NCBI GenBank assembly: GCA_963697895.1
Contig: OY969100.1
Coordinates: forward strand, 1,632,001 to 1,696,000
Length of the DNA stretch: 64,000 nt
Origin: an uncultured Methanomicrobiales archaeon
GTDB taxonomy: Archaea > Halobacteriota > Methanomicrobia > Methanomicrobiales > Methanospirillaceae
Reading direction: 5' to 3'
Shown here in pieces: positions 30,790 to 40,825 of this stretch (the stretch's first letter is position 1; each line of letters starts with the position of its first letter). Both the position numbers and the translations under genes were made by a program. The notes beneath the pieces are model-generated. The model worked only from the letters and a program-made list of their open reading frames with translations, was not told the origin of the DNA and did no database searches.

Positions 30790-31386
30790 TCAGGATTCCG
30801 CGATCCTTTTCCCGAGTTTGAATCCTTTCTTATAGGCCTCTTCCAGTAATTCCGGATGGGTGGTGATATCCCGGAGGTGATCCATATCCCGGATTAATAG
30901 CTCATCCCGGTATTTAACGTCGATAATGGTAAAGAATGCCTTTACGGTCATTATTGCACCATCGAAAACCTCCGGCACATTCATTCCCGATATCGAAATA
31001 AAGAGTCCCTCTCTCTTCTTTTTTTTCTCGTCCGGTACGAGCGATGTTTTCCGGAAAAATTTTCCCATGAAAAATACCTGGAATCGATCCATGAATGACT
31101 TGAGTTTTCCGGGGATACCCATAGTCATGATGGGAGTGGCAATGATGAGCCCGTCAAGATTACGGAATTTATCATATATAGGCGTCACATCATCCTCCAT
31201 CTGGCAGGTCTCGTGTTCCATGCAAAAAAAGATCTCCATGCAGGGCTCGAACTCCAGGAAGGGAACAATAATCTTTTCTACCTCGCACCCGGCGTCTTCT
31301 GCTCCTTGCAGCGCCCGATCCAGTAATTTAGCGGTATTTCCCTCAGGAAGCGGGCTCCCCAGGAGTCCGATGATTTTTCGTCCCAT
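30790..31386 (-). CDS. Isf/flavodoxin family protein with degenerate Cys motif
   Basis: LGSP..GNT, ATPI, LKSFMDRFQ; Cys motif C-MEIFF-C-x5-C. Confidence 0.85.
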   Translation of the reverse strand: MGRKIIGLLGSPLPEGNTAKLLDRALQGAEDAGCEVEKIIVPFLEFEPCMEIFFCMEHETCQMEDDVTPIYDKFRNLDGLIIATPIMTMGIPGKLKSFMDRFQVFFMGKFFRKTSLVPDEKKKKREGLFISISGMNVPEVFDGAIMTVKAFFTIIDVKYRDELLIRDMDHLRDITTHPELLEEAYKKGFKLGKRIAES

Positions 31387-31540
31387 GCAGGAATGTTATG
31401 GATTCGGTTTTCCCATATACTTTTGGAATTTCTCCGTTAACTTACCCCGGGATTTACGTGTATTGCACCGATTTTCCGGTAAATCCATCTCATTGGAAGG
31501 AACAAAAGTCATAAATAATTTCTACGTCCAATGAAACGAA

Positions 31541-31783
31541 TTGGTGATAGATCTGACCGAAGAGAAAACTTTGAAGGCTGGCCAGAAAGTCGGTCCCGGT
31601 AAGTATGTATGTCTGGATTGTGGAAGCGAATATAACCTGGATAAAAGCGAACAAGACCTGCGCAAATGTCCAAGTTGTGCGTGTGAGGAATACCAGTGCT
31701 TCCCGATACACCATATCAGGCCCGACATTAAAACACCAGAGGATGCAAGAAACCCGCCGAAACGTGGAAAAAGCAACCAATAG
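31541..31783 (+). CDS. Small zinc-ribbon/rubredoxin-like protein
   Basis: GPGKYVCLDCG...KCPSC. Confidence 0.75.
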   Translation: MVIDLTEEKTLKAGQKVGPGKYVCLDCGSEYNLDKSEQDLRKCPSCACEEYQCFPIHHIRPDIKTPEDARNPPKRGKSNQ

Positions 31784-31909
31784 ATTATATTTTTGCATTT
31801 AAGGGTAGGCGGAAGCGATTCGCAGAGGAAAGGTCGGAAATACGGGGGGTAAATATTTCCGGAAACCGTGTACTATCATGCATTAAGAGTTCATGAAAGG
31901 GTGTTTGAA

Positions 31910-32038
31910 ATGGTAAATGTGTCCAAGACAGGCGAAGTGTACGAATGCGAGATATGCGGTAACGTCGTGGTGGTAAAGGTCGTCGGTGGTGGCGAGCTGG
32001 TCTGCTGCGGAGAACCGATGAAACTGGTTAAAGAGTGA
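31910..32038 (+). CDS. Desulforedoxin-like Fe(Cys)4 protein (42 aa)
   Basis: Manual translation [42 protein letters not shown]; CxxC...CC motif. Confidence 0.9.
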   Translation: MVNVSKTGEVYECEICGNVVVVKVVGGGELVCCGEPMKLVKE

Positions 32039-32043
32039 TAAAC

Positions 32044-32385
32044 ATGGATAAACAACTCAAGGATCTGGAAGAGAAGATCGGAAAAGTCCCTCTGATCTTC
32101 AAGGAATTGAAAGATCTCGACCCGGAATTGTATAAGTCAGTAATGGGTCTCGATCAGATGGTATGGAAAGACGGCGCTCTGTCCAAGAAGACAAAAAAAC
32201 TGATCGCAATTGCGATTGCCGCTGCCCTCCGGGACAGACATGCGGTACGGGCTCAGATGGCAGGCGCAAAACACCTCGGGATCACGAAGGAAGAGCTGGA
32301 TGAAACCCTTCGCGTCACCTTCCTGCTCGCTGGGATGCCGGCATACGTGTACGGGAAGGCTGCCGCAGAGGAATTGCTGAAGTGA
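32044..32385 (+). CDS. Carboxymuconolactone decarboxylase (CMD) family protein, no Cys
   Basis: GALSKKTKKLIAIAIA, AKHLGITKEEL. Confidence 0.85.
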   Translation: MDKQLKDLEEKIGKVPLIFKELKDLDPELYKSVMGLDQMVWKDGALSKKTKKLIAIAIAAALRDRHAVRAQMAGAKHLGITKEELDETLRVTFLLAGMPAYVYGKAAAEELLK

Positions 32386-32389
32386 TCGT

Positions 32390-33037
32390 ATGTGTGGGGA
32401 ATACGGCACCAATGCAATGCCGATCATCGGTGAGCCTGCCCCGGACTTCGACGCGATAACGACCCAGGGACCGATCAAACTCTCCGATCTGAAGGGGAAG
32501 TGGGTGGTGATGTTCTCCCACCCGGCAGACTTTACACCGGTCTGCACGACCGAGTTCATGGCATTCGCCCAGGTTGCAGATGAGTTAAAGGCGCTGAACG
32601 TCCAGCTGATCGGACTTTCCATCGATAGCGTTCCCTCTCATCTTGCATGGATCCGGAACTTAAAGGAAAAGATGGGAGTCCAGATCACGTTTCCGATCAT
32701 CGCAGACCTGGATATGAAGATCGCGAAAACGTACGGGATGATCCACCCCGGGTCTAGCTCGACCGCAACCGTTCGGACCGTCTTTTTTATCGATGACAAG
32801 GGAACACTCCGGGCAATGTTCTATTATCCCCTGACAAATGGACGGTATATGCCCGAGATCATCCGTCTGGTCAAGGCCTTCCAGACAACGGATACATACG
32901 GGGTTTCGACCCCGGCCAACTGGCAGCCGGGAGATAAGGTCGTCGTACCAGCGCCCCGGACCGCGGCAGAGATGGAAAAACGGATGAGCGAAGGGTACGA
33001 GTGTAAAGAATGGTACCTCTGTTTTAAAAAGGTCTAA
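32390..33037 (+). CDS. Peroxiredoxin (Prx6/archaeal type)
   Basis: FSHPADFTPVCTTE, TPANWQPGD, C-terminal CKEWYLC. Confidence 0.95.
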   Translation: MCGEYGTNAMPIIGEPAPDFDAITTQGPIKLSDLKGKWVVMFSHPADFTPVCTTEFMAFAQVADELKALNVQLIGLSIDSVPSHLAWIRNLKEKMGVQITFPIIADLDMKIAKTYGMIHPGSSSTATVRTVFFIDDKGTLRAMFYYPLTNGRYMPEIIRLVKAFQTTDTYGVSTPANWQPGDKVVVPAPRTAAEMEKRMSEGYECKEWYLCFKKV

Positions 33038-33224
33038 AGGTAACCGCTTTTTCCCATTTTTTTTACATTGACATTTATCATAAATTGTGTCCGATTTGAA
33101 AATGATTTCTGTAATCCTCATTTTATTGAAAATAAGCCACGGATTTTCTTTATAAAAGATTTCTTCATATTATATATTTCTTCCTGAAAAAATATAAGTT
33201 AAGAGAGCGTCAGGTGTATCTTGT

Positions 33225-34493
33225 ATGAGAGCTCTTCAAGGTGGTGTACTTATTGTCATCGTAATACTCGCGATGACAACCGGTGCAGTCTCAGCGGTAA
33301 AATATGGCACGTTGAATGTCACGACCATTCCCTCGGCCCCTCCAGTTGCGAATGTGTTTCTGAACGGTTCACAGGTGGGTGTGACGGTTCCTCCTTTTTC
33401 AATGTCTCTACCGGTTGGGTACTATGCATTGAAACTGACCGTGACCACACCTCCCGATACTTATAAAGATTATAACAAGGTCATCCGTATCCGGAATAAC
33501 GTGACCACTACGGTGGTCGCGTTGATGAAGTTTCTCCCGCCTCCCCCGGTACTGAAATTAGGAAATCTTAACGTCTCGTCATCGCCGGGTCAGGCAGAAA
33601 TCTTCCTGAATGGCACGGATACGGGGAAAATAACTCCTGCCGCTTCCGGGAATGAAAGGCAGATAGCTAATCTTGCAGTTGGGACATATGAGGTTAAACT
33701 CACAAAACCCGGATATCTGGATTATATCGCGATAGTGAAAATCACGAATAATACGACGAAGCATGTGAACGCAGTCCTGCAGGTATACAATGGCCCATAT
33801 ACCGGTACACTCAATGTTTCCTCGATTCCATCCGGCGCGACCCTGTTCCTGAACAATTCGAACAAGGGTCCTACCCCCCAATTGATAACCGGACTCCCGG
33901 TCGGCACATACCAGTTGAACCTGACCCTGCCGGGGTATTACGAATTCAACCAGACGGTCGAAGTCACATCGGGTAATACGACCACCGTGATCGCCCTTAT
34001 GCAGGCGCTTCCTCCGCCGCCGACCTTGAAATTCGGCAATATCTCAGTCGATTCGCTCCCGCATGGAGCCCATGTATTTCTGAACAATTCAAGCCAGGGC
34101 ACCACTCCGCAATTGATCTCCCATTTGCCGATCGGCGATTACAATGTTCGGCTGACCAAACCGGGTTACCTGGATTATAACCAGACGGTCACCGTCATGG
34201 ATGGGCAGACGTATCCGTTATACATATTCCTGCAACCCATCCCGCCCGGAAACCTTGTCATCAATTCGACACCGAACGGGGCAACGATCTACATCATTAA
34301 TCCGGATGGCATGGGAAGCTACCCCGGGTTTACCAACACGACCCTCTACAATATCAAGCCCGGATTATACTGGGTACAGCTGCAGCAGTACGGCCACGGG
34401 GTGAATTATACGAATGTCATGGTCAATCCGGGAGAAACAGCCGTCGTCGATCTGATCCTTCCCAAACTCCTTCCTAACTTCCCCGGCGTATAA
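33225..34493 (+). CDS. Secreted PEGA-repeat surface protein
   Basis: Signal peptide; about 5 PEGA repeats (S.P.GA.v.lN...G.TP....L..G.Y.l.L..PGY); polyproline linkers. Confidence 0.88.
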   Translation: MRALQGGVLIVIVILAMTTGAVSAVKYGTLNVTTIPSAPPVANVFLNGSQVGVTVPPFSMSLPVGYYALKLTVTTPPDTYKDYNKVIRIRNNVTTTVVALMKFLPPPPVLKLGNLNVSSSPGQAEIFLNGTDTGKITPAASGNERQIANLAVGTYEVKLTKPGYLDYIAIVKITNNTTKHVNAVLQVYNGPYTGTLNVSSIPSGATLFLNNSNKGPTPQLITGLPVGTYQLNLTLPGYYEFNQTVEVTSGNTTTVIALMQALPPPPTLKFGNISVDSLPHGAHVFLNNSSQGTTPQLISHLPIGDYNVRLTKPGYLDYNQTVTVMDGQTYPLYIFLQPIPPGNLVINSTPNGATIYIINPDGMGSYPGFTNTTLYNIKPGLYWVQLQQYGHGVNYTNVMVNPGETAVVDLILPKLLPNFPGV

Positions 34494-34678
34494 TTTTTTT
34501 AAAAATCAGGAGGATATGCAATATGAATGAGGATATCGTAACCGGAGGGTTCAATCAAATATATTCGTCGATTCGGTACAAGGAAAAGTAATGCATCGAT
34601 TATTAGATTTTCATTGTTCTTACCTCCTGATCGAACGGTTCATTAACTATTTGTTCCCCGGACACGAACCTCACCGGT

Positions 34679-35293
34679 ATGGCGATTAAGGTCCTCGCAT
34701 TTGCAGGCAGTCCCCGGAGATTTGGAAACTCTGAGATCCTCCTCGACTGGGTTCTGGCTGAGATGGGAAAGGAGCCGGATGTGACCATCGATAAGATCAT
34801 ACTGACCGAGGCGGACGTGCACCCGTGCAGGGGCTGCAATGCCTGCGAGGTGCTGAACCAGTGCGTACAGCGGGACGGAATGGACATCATTGACGAGAAG
34901 ATCATTGCCGCCGACTGCATCATCCTCGCGGCTCCCATCTTCTGCATGGGGATCAGCGCACAGGCAAAGGCGCTGGTCGACCGTGCACAGGTGTTTCGAT
35001 CCCGGAAATATGTCCTGAAACTTCCCGTTGTTCCCCCTGAGCGCCTGGGAAAACGACTCGGAGTCTTCCTTTCAACTGCAGGGCAGACCTGGGACCATGT
35101 TTTCGACGGTGCAATCCCGTCCGTTAAGTGCTTCTTTCATGTTATTGACGTAAAAGATCGCGATATCCACTATCTGCTGGTAAATGGGGTGGATAAGAGT
35201 GGCGAAATTTCATCGCATCCCACCGCTCAACGCGATGCCGTTCAGCTTGCCCATGATGTGATTAGCGAACTCCGGCGACGTCTCGCCGGGTGA
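34679..35293 (+). CDS. Iron-sulfur flavoprotein (Isf family)
   Basis: GSPRRFGNS, CRGCNAC-x4-QC. Confidence 0.9.
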   Translation: MAIKVLAFAGSPRRFGNSEILLDWVLAEMGKEPDVTIDKIILTEADVHPCRGCNACEVLNQCVQRDGMDIIDEKIIAADCIILAAPIFCMGISAQAKALVDRAQVFRSRKYVLKLPVVPPERLGKRLGVFLSTAGQTWDHVFDGAIPSVKCFFHVIDVKDRDIHYLLVNGVDKSGEISSHPTAQRDAVQLAHDVISELRRRLAG

Positions 35294-35299
35294 TCGCAT

Positions 35300-35908
35300 A
35301 TGGTGGTCACCGTTCTTGGCATATCAGGAAGCCCTCACCGGCATGGCAATACGGAAACACTCCTTGACAGCTTTCTTGACGGTGCGCGGGAATCCCGGGG
35401 AACGGTCGACAAGGTGATCCTGAAAGATCTCTATTATTCGCCCTGCCTTGGATGCAATGTCTGTCACAAAGAAGGGGAATGTGTCGTTAGAGACGAGGCA
35501 ATCGAATTGTTCAAACGAATCGGAATGGCAGATTGCCTGGCAGTTGCATCTCCCATCTACAGTATGGGAATAACTGCCGAATTAAAAGGACTGATTGACC
35601 GTGCACAATACATCTGGGCACAGAAGTTTATATTAAAGACGCTGTATTTCACCGATGAACATATCAGGCACCATAAGGGGGTATTCATCTCAACTGCCGG
35701 ACTCTCCTGGGATAATGTTTTTGATGCCGCGTTTCCCGCGATAACGGCGTTTTTCAATACGCTCGGTTTCGAATATTACGATAACATCATCGCAAACGAG
35801 ATGGACCGTTATCACGGCATTCATGGGCACCCGACCGCCCTTCAGGAGGCAAATGCAAAAGGGAGAGAGATCGTGAGGCTCATCGGCGGGTTGAAAGAGG
35901 AAGAGTAG
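35300..35908 (+). CDS. Iron-sulfur flavoprotein (Isf family), tandem paralog
   Basis: GSPHRHGNT, CLGCNVC-x5-C. Confidence 0.9.
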   Translation: MVVTVLGISGSPHRHGNTETLLDSFLDGARESRGTVDKVILKDLYYSPCLGCNVCHKEGECVVRDEAIELFKRIGMADCLAVASPIYSMGITAELKGLIDRAQYIWAQKFILKTLYFTDEHIRHHKGVFISTAGLSWDNVFDAAFPAITAFFNTLGFEYYDNIIANEMDRYHGIHGHPTALQEANAKGREIVRLIGGLKEEE

Positions 35909-35946
35909 ACTTGCCGGCTCTTCCCCGAAATTCTTCTTTCCTGGTA

Positions 35947-36570
35947 CTACACGATGAGAGGATACAACGTCGCAATCAGGATTCCGAAGGAAGCCACGAT
36001 GAGGAGGGCAAAGACCGGGGGACTCCATGCAAGCACCTTTTTCCCATCCAGTACGCTCACCGGCAGCATATTGAATGCTGCAACCATCGCATTGACCTGG
36101 AGACCTACCATCCCTATGAGACCGGTAATAAATTGTCCTTCTCCGTTCAGAAAACCGGATGCCAGGAACAGCACCCCAAAGGGTATGCACAGGATGAGAT
36201 TGGTTAGTGGGCCCACAGCGGAGATCTTCCCGTTCTGTTCGCGAGTGATACCCGTCCCATAGATCATCGTCGCACCCGGCGCTGCGAAGACAATGCCAAC
36301 CAGCGCAGCAAGTGCCACAGCGACCAGAAGCATAATGTTGTCCTTACGGAATTCAGCCCAGTATCCGTATTTGAGTGCCGAGAACTTGTGGGCAAGCTCG
36401 TGAAGGATGAACCCGATACCCACGGTTATGAGGGAGACCCCGAAATAGAGAAAGAATTCGGGAAGTACGAGCTGCTTGCCCCGGATAAAAATAAGGGTGA
36501 ACGCGATGGAGATGGCGATCCAGGCAATAAGAAGGTCATTTCGTTCCCTTCTGGTAATCCGTTCCAACAT
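35947..36570 (-). CDS. Site-2 protease (peptidase M50)
   Basis: HELAH, GPLTN, FNMLP...LDG. Confidence 0.9.
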   Translation of the reverse strand: MLERITRRERNDLLIAWIAISIAFTLIFIRGKQLVLPEFFLYFGVSLITVGIGFILHELAHKFSALKYGYWAEFRKDNIMLLVAVALAALVGIVFAAPGATMIYGTGITREQNGKISAVGPLTNLILCIPFGVLFLASGFLNGEGQFITGLIGMVGLQVNAMVAAFNMLPVSVLDGKKVLAWSPPVFALLIVASFGILIATLYPLIV

Positions 36571-36788
36571 GTAGATATCAGCTTATCTGATCTGTTGTCT
36601 TCCCCCTTATGTTCTTGGGTTCATTTTCCCCGGTTGGCATCCTCTCTTTGGAGATATTTGTTTCCGGCAGAGCTCTCTTGATTTTACAGACGGCGCCTCC
36701 CGGATTTCTTTTCGTCAGGATCTAAATAGGGATTTTCTCTATAAGGAGTGCCACCAGATTTATGTCGTCCGCGACCCGGTACTAGTAC

Positions 36789-37073
36789 ATGCCTGTCGCT
36801 GCGTTAAGAGAGGAGATAAGTCTAATCGATGCACAGATCATCGCTCTGATTGCCGAACGCCAGAAACTTGCCAGAAAGATTGCCCAGGCAAAGTTCAACG
36901 AGGGTCTTCCTATACATGACGAGGAACGGACAAGGCAGGTTCTGGAAGATGCATTCAATATTGCGGTGGAACAGAAGATCAATCCGGTTCTGGTACGGGA
37001 GATCTTTTCCGTTTTGATTGCGATGAGTGAAGAGCGACAGCGGGAATGCTCAGGGGAGGGGAACCTCCCCTGA
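36789..37073 (+). CDS. Chorismate mutase (AroQ type, standalone)
   Basis: LREEISLIDAQIIALIAER...IAQAK...PIHDEER. Confidence 0.88.
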   Translation: MPVAALREEISLIDAQIIALIAERQKLARKIAQAKFNEGLPIHDEERTRQVLEDAFNIAVEQKINPVLVREIFSVLIAMSEERQRECSGEGNLP

Positions 37074-37088
37074 AAATTTCGGTCTTCA

Positions 37089-38204
37089 TCAAAAGAAGAG
37101 TTCGGCGATAATAAATGCCCCGATCCCAATCATGACCGCACCCATGATGAGCCTCACCATCATCCGGTGTTCCAGACGCCACCGGTTGAGCCGTTCAGGG
37201 GGGATTCCAAAGGAGATTATAAGGAGGATGGCAACAAGCGGCAGCACGAATATGACATTATAGAGGAGCAGGTACGGTAAGCCTGCAGTTATCGTGCCCT
37301 GATGGGAAAGCAATGATAAAATGGCGAGATAGATACCGCCGGTGCAGGGAAGTTCAAACATCCCCACAAGGATCCCGAGGACGAACGCTGCTGGCAGGGA
37401 TCCCTTTTTCACATATGCATCTATGACCCCCTTCCGGGATTCTGGGATCGCAAGGAAAGCTCCCTTATCTCCAAAAAAAGCATCCCTGATGGTGATCAAC
37501 CCGAAGAGGATTGCAAGGGAGGCGGCGATCACGGAGAAAATTCTTGATATCCCGGATACCTGGACAATTGCAAATATACCCAATCCGGAGAGGAAGTAAA
37601 AAATGAATACGGCGATGATATAAATCGTCCCGACAAGGAGCATTTTCCGCCGGGAATCAAGGGCGATGAGAGAGATGAGGAGAAAAATGAGCACGGAAAA
37701 TGCACAGGGATTGATTCCATCGATCAGCGCTGCGGAGACGATCAAGGGGATGGTCAACTGGGAAGAAATATGCTCCTCAACCGGAGTCACTATGGGAGAA
37801 GGCGGTATCGTCCCGGTTGGGTTCGCCCGCTCCGCCTCGATTGCATCCGTTAGATTGGCTTTGATCGCATCATACCCGGTTATCTCTTGAGTTCCGACAA
37901 AGACCGACGGGACGAGCGAAAACGGATGCCCATACCGCTCGCTCATCTCCTGGAATAACTCCTCGTTCGTCGCATTATCAAAGATGTCAAATGCCCTGAC
38001 CTGCACGTCAGGTTGTTCCCGGGCAACCTCCTCAATGTAAGGGATCGCTTTCTGGCAGTCTCCACAGTGCTGGTTATAGAAAAAATATACGACGATCGTC
38101 CCGGATGGTATCGTTTCACTCGGAACCGAATAGGTAAGCGGTGGTTCGTCGGATACCGCGGATCCGTGTGCCACGAGAATGCACAGGAACAGCAGACCCA
38201 GCAC
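37089..38204 (-). CDS. Thioredoxin-like + CcdA/DsbD-type membrane protein
   Basis: External CGDC domain; DGINPCAF and ELPCTGGIY membrane Cys motifs. Confidence 0.85.
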   Translation of the reverse strand: MLGLLFLCILVAHGSAVSDEPPLTYSVPSETIPSGTIVVYFFYNQHCGDCQKAIPYIEEVAREQPDVQVRAFDIFDNATNEELFQEMSERYGHPFSLVPSVFVGTQEITGYDAIKANLTDAIEAERANPTGTIPPSPIVTPVEEHISSQLTIPLIVSAALIDGINPCAFSVLIFLLISLIALDSRRKMLLVGTIYIIAVFIFYFLSGLGIFAIVQVSGISRIFSVIAASLAILFGLITIRDAFFGDKGAFLAIPESRKGVIDAYVKKGSLPAAFVLGILVGMFELPCTGGIYLAILSLLSHQGTITAGLPYLLLYNVIFVLPLVAILLIISFGIPPERLNRWRLEHRMMVRLIMGAVMIGIGAFIIAELFF

Positions 38205-38294
38205 GAGGAGGTGGGCCGGTTTATTGGCGATTGTATACCCAAAAATGCCCGTTCCTGTGTGTGTTATAGATGGCGATGTCTTTTCCGTGATCTT

Positions 38295-39167
38295 CTACCC
38301 CTTGTAGAGCATCGTCCCGACACCCTCATTCGTAAAAAGCTCGAGGAGGAGATTATGTCCGATATTGCCATTGATCACGTGAGCATAAGAGACTCCGCAC
38401 TGGACGGCTTTCATTATCGATGCCATTTTCGGGATCATTCCTTCACTGATCGCTCCGGAGGTCAGCATATCCTCCGCTTCGGTGAGGCTTAGTCGTCGAT
38501 ATACCTTCGTTCTCCCTGCATCCATGATACCGTCAACATCTGTCATTGTTATCAACTTGTAGGCCGATAATGCAATCGCGATATCCCCTGCCGCCGTATC
38601 AGCGTTAATATTCAATCCCTGTCCGTTTCGATCGATGGCTATCGGGGATATCACCGGGATATACTGATTGTCAAGAAGGATATGAAGAATCGAGGGGTCA
38701 ATCTCTTCTATCTCCCCGACGTGTCCGAGGTCGACCTCATGTACTTTTCCCTGTATATTGACCTTCTGAGGTTCCATCTTCCTTCCGATTATCAGGTTCC
38801 CGTCATTTCCCGAGAGGCCGATACCCCGTGCCCCACATTTTGCGATGAGAGAGACTATCCCCGAATTGATTTTCCCGACCAGGACCATCTGTGCAATTTC
38901 CAGGGTTTCCTGGTCAGTAACCCGAAGGCCTCCAACAAATTTGGATTCTTTACCCAGCGCCTTCATCTTTGTGGTAATCTCGGGGCCACCTCCGTGAACC
39001 AGCACGACCCGGATCCCCACATACTGGAGAAGGACAGCGTTTTTTATCGCGTTCTCCAGGATTTGCGGGTCGATCATCGCATGACCGCCAAGTTTGATGA
39101 CCATCACCTTGCCGTGGAACTGCTGGATGTAGGGCAATGCTTCCATGAGAACTTCTTCACGCTTCAT
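38295..39167 (-). CDS. argB: Acetylglutamate kinase
   Basis: [29 protein letters not shown]. Confidence 0.96.
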   Translation of the reverse strand: MKREEVLMEALPYIQQFHGKVMVIKLGGHAMIDPQILENAIKNAVLLQYVGIRVVLVHGGGPEITTKMKALGKESKFVGGLRVTDQETLEIAQMVLVGKINSGIVSLIAKCGARGIGLSGNDGNLIIGRKMEPQKVNIQGKVHEVDLGHVGEIEEIDPSILHILLDNQYIPVISPIAIDRNGQGLNINADTAAGDIAIALSAYKLITMTDVDGIMDAGRTKVYRRLSLTEAEDMLTSGAISEGMIPKMASIMKAVQCGVSYAHVINGNIGHNLLLELFTNEGVGTMLYKG

Positions 39168-40315
39168 GTTGTGTATCTCCCGTTAATCTCCACGTATTTC
39201 TCCGTCAGGTCGCATCCCCATGCGGTCGCCTCACCGCTCCCGCCGCCCAGATCAAGCTCAAAGATTACGTGTTTTCCCACCATCGCACCTTTTGCAGCAT
39301 CCAGATCGACAACGATCTCTCCGGAGAGTACCAGGGGGTACCGTGACATCCCATCGCTGATCCAGAGGGAGAAAGCGTTCGGATCGAAATCGACACCCGC
39401 CCTTCCTGCAGCGGCGACAACCCTCCCCCAGTTTGGATCTTCTCCATATACCGCTGTTTTGACGAGCGGGGACCCCACTATAGTCCGGGCCACTATGGCT
39501 GCATTCTCTTCATTCCCGGCCCCCCGAACCGTAACCTCGAGGAGTTTTGTCACTCCCTCCCCATCACGGGCGATCTGAATCGCAAGAGAACGGCAGCATT
39601 CTTCCAGAGCATCTGATAGAATCTTCATTTTTACGCGGCCACATTCACCGGTCGCGGTGATCAGGGCGAGATCATTGGTACTTGTATCTCCATCGACAAC
39701 GATGCGATTGAATGTCCGGTTGACTGCCTGCTTGAGGATATTCCTCAGGATACGGGGTTCAACTGCTGCATCTGTATATAGGAAAGCAAGCATTGTGCCC
39801 ATCATGGGTGCGATCATACCGCTCCCTTTCGTGATACCGCCGACCGAAAATGAATCCCTTTTGACCAGGGCATGTTTCGGGAAGGTGTCGGTCGTCATGA
39901 TCGCCTCAGCCGCTAAATCTTCCCCTCGCCTTCCCCGTTCGAGGAGGGGAGCGATCCGACTCGCCTGATCCTCTATCCGGGGCAGGTCCAGATACCGCCC
40001 GATCACACCGGTACTCGCAACACCCACATTCTCTGGTTCAATGTGCAACTGCTCACCTGCAATCGAAGCCATTGTACAGGCATCCTGATATCCTCTTTCG
40101 CCCGTATAGGCATTTGCACAGCCGCTGTTCACGATGACTCCTTCAAGAACACCACGGCGTATGCGATCCTCCATCAGCTCGATAGGTGGTGCTCGTACCC
40201 GATTTGTGGTAAAGACTCCGGCAGCGGAGCCCCCTGCCTTAATCAGGGCAAGGCCATACTTCCCCTCCTTGATACCGTACGCGGTTACCCCTTCAACGCT
40301 GCAAATGCTTCTCAA
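39164..40315 (-). CDS. argJ: Ornithine acetyltransferase ArgJ
   Basis: [38 protein letters not shown]. Confidence 0.96.
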   Translation of the reverse strand: MRSICSVEGVTAYGIKEGKYGLALIKAGGSAAGVFTTNRVRAPPIELMEDRIRRGVLEGVIVNSGCANAYTGERGYQDACTMASIAGEQLHIEPENVGVASTGVIGRYLDLPRIEDQASRIAPLLERGRRGEDLAAEAIMTTDTFPKHALVKRDSFSVGGITKGSGMIAPMMGTMLAFLYTDAAVEPRILRNILKQAVNRTFNRIVVDGDTSTNDLALITATGECGRVKMKILSDALEECCRSLAIQIARDGEGVTKLLEVTVRGAGNEENAAIVARTIVGSPLVKTAVYGEDPNWGRVVAAAGRAGVDFDPNAFSLWISDGMSRYPLVLSGEIVVDLDAAKGAMVGKHVIFELDLGGGSGEATAWGCDLTEKYVEINGRYTT

Positions 40316-40327
40316 CGATTTCTCCTC

Positions 40328-40822
40328 TCATGCATGCTTCTCTTCAAATTCCGAACCTACTCCCTGGACGATATCCGCGCGAGTGATGATCCCCACCACC
40401 TTTTCGTCACGAACCACCGGTAGCCGGGCAATCTTCCGCTTTAGCATGATCGAAGCTGCTTCCTCGATATCGGTATCCTCGGTCACGGTGATGACGGGGT
40501 GACTCATCACACTACTGACCGGAATATCTCCGATATCTGAGAGCGCGCGTTTTGTCTTTTCCCAGTTGATGTACTCCCGTATGGGGACTTCTATCAGCTC
40601 AAGCGGTGAAGGGAGCCAGAGGTCATCCGATATATTTCCGGTCTCTAAGAGAGATAGAATATCCGATTCGGTAACGATACCAGCCAATTTTTCTCCGTCT
40701 ACAACCGGAAGCCCCCCGATATGGTTTTTTTTCAACAGCCCTGCAGCCACACGCACAGCAGCATGGATCGGGACCACAATCGGATCCCTTGTCATAACAT
40801 CACGTACAAGCATTATATTCAC
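40328..40822 (-). CDS. Tandem CBS-domain protein
   Basis: VRDVMT, IGGLPVV, GIVTESD, IARLPVV, GIITRAD. Confidence 0.92.
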   Translation of the reverse strand: MNIMLVRDVMTRDPIVVPIHAAVRVAAGLLKKNHIGGLPVVDGEKLAGIVTESDILSLLETGNISDDLWLPSPLELIEVPIREYINWEKTKRALSDIGDIPVSSVMSHPVITVTEDTDIEEAASIMLKRKIARLPVVRDEKVVGIITRADIVQGVGSEFEEKHA

Positions 40823-40825
40823 CTC

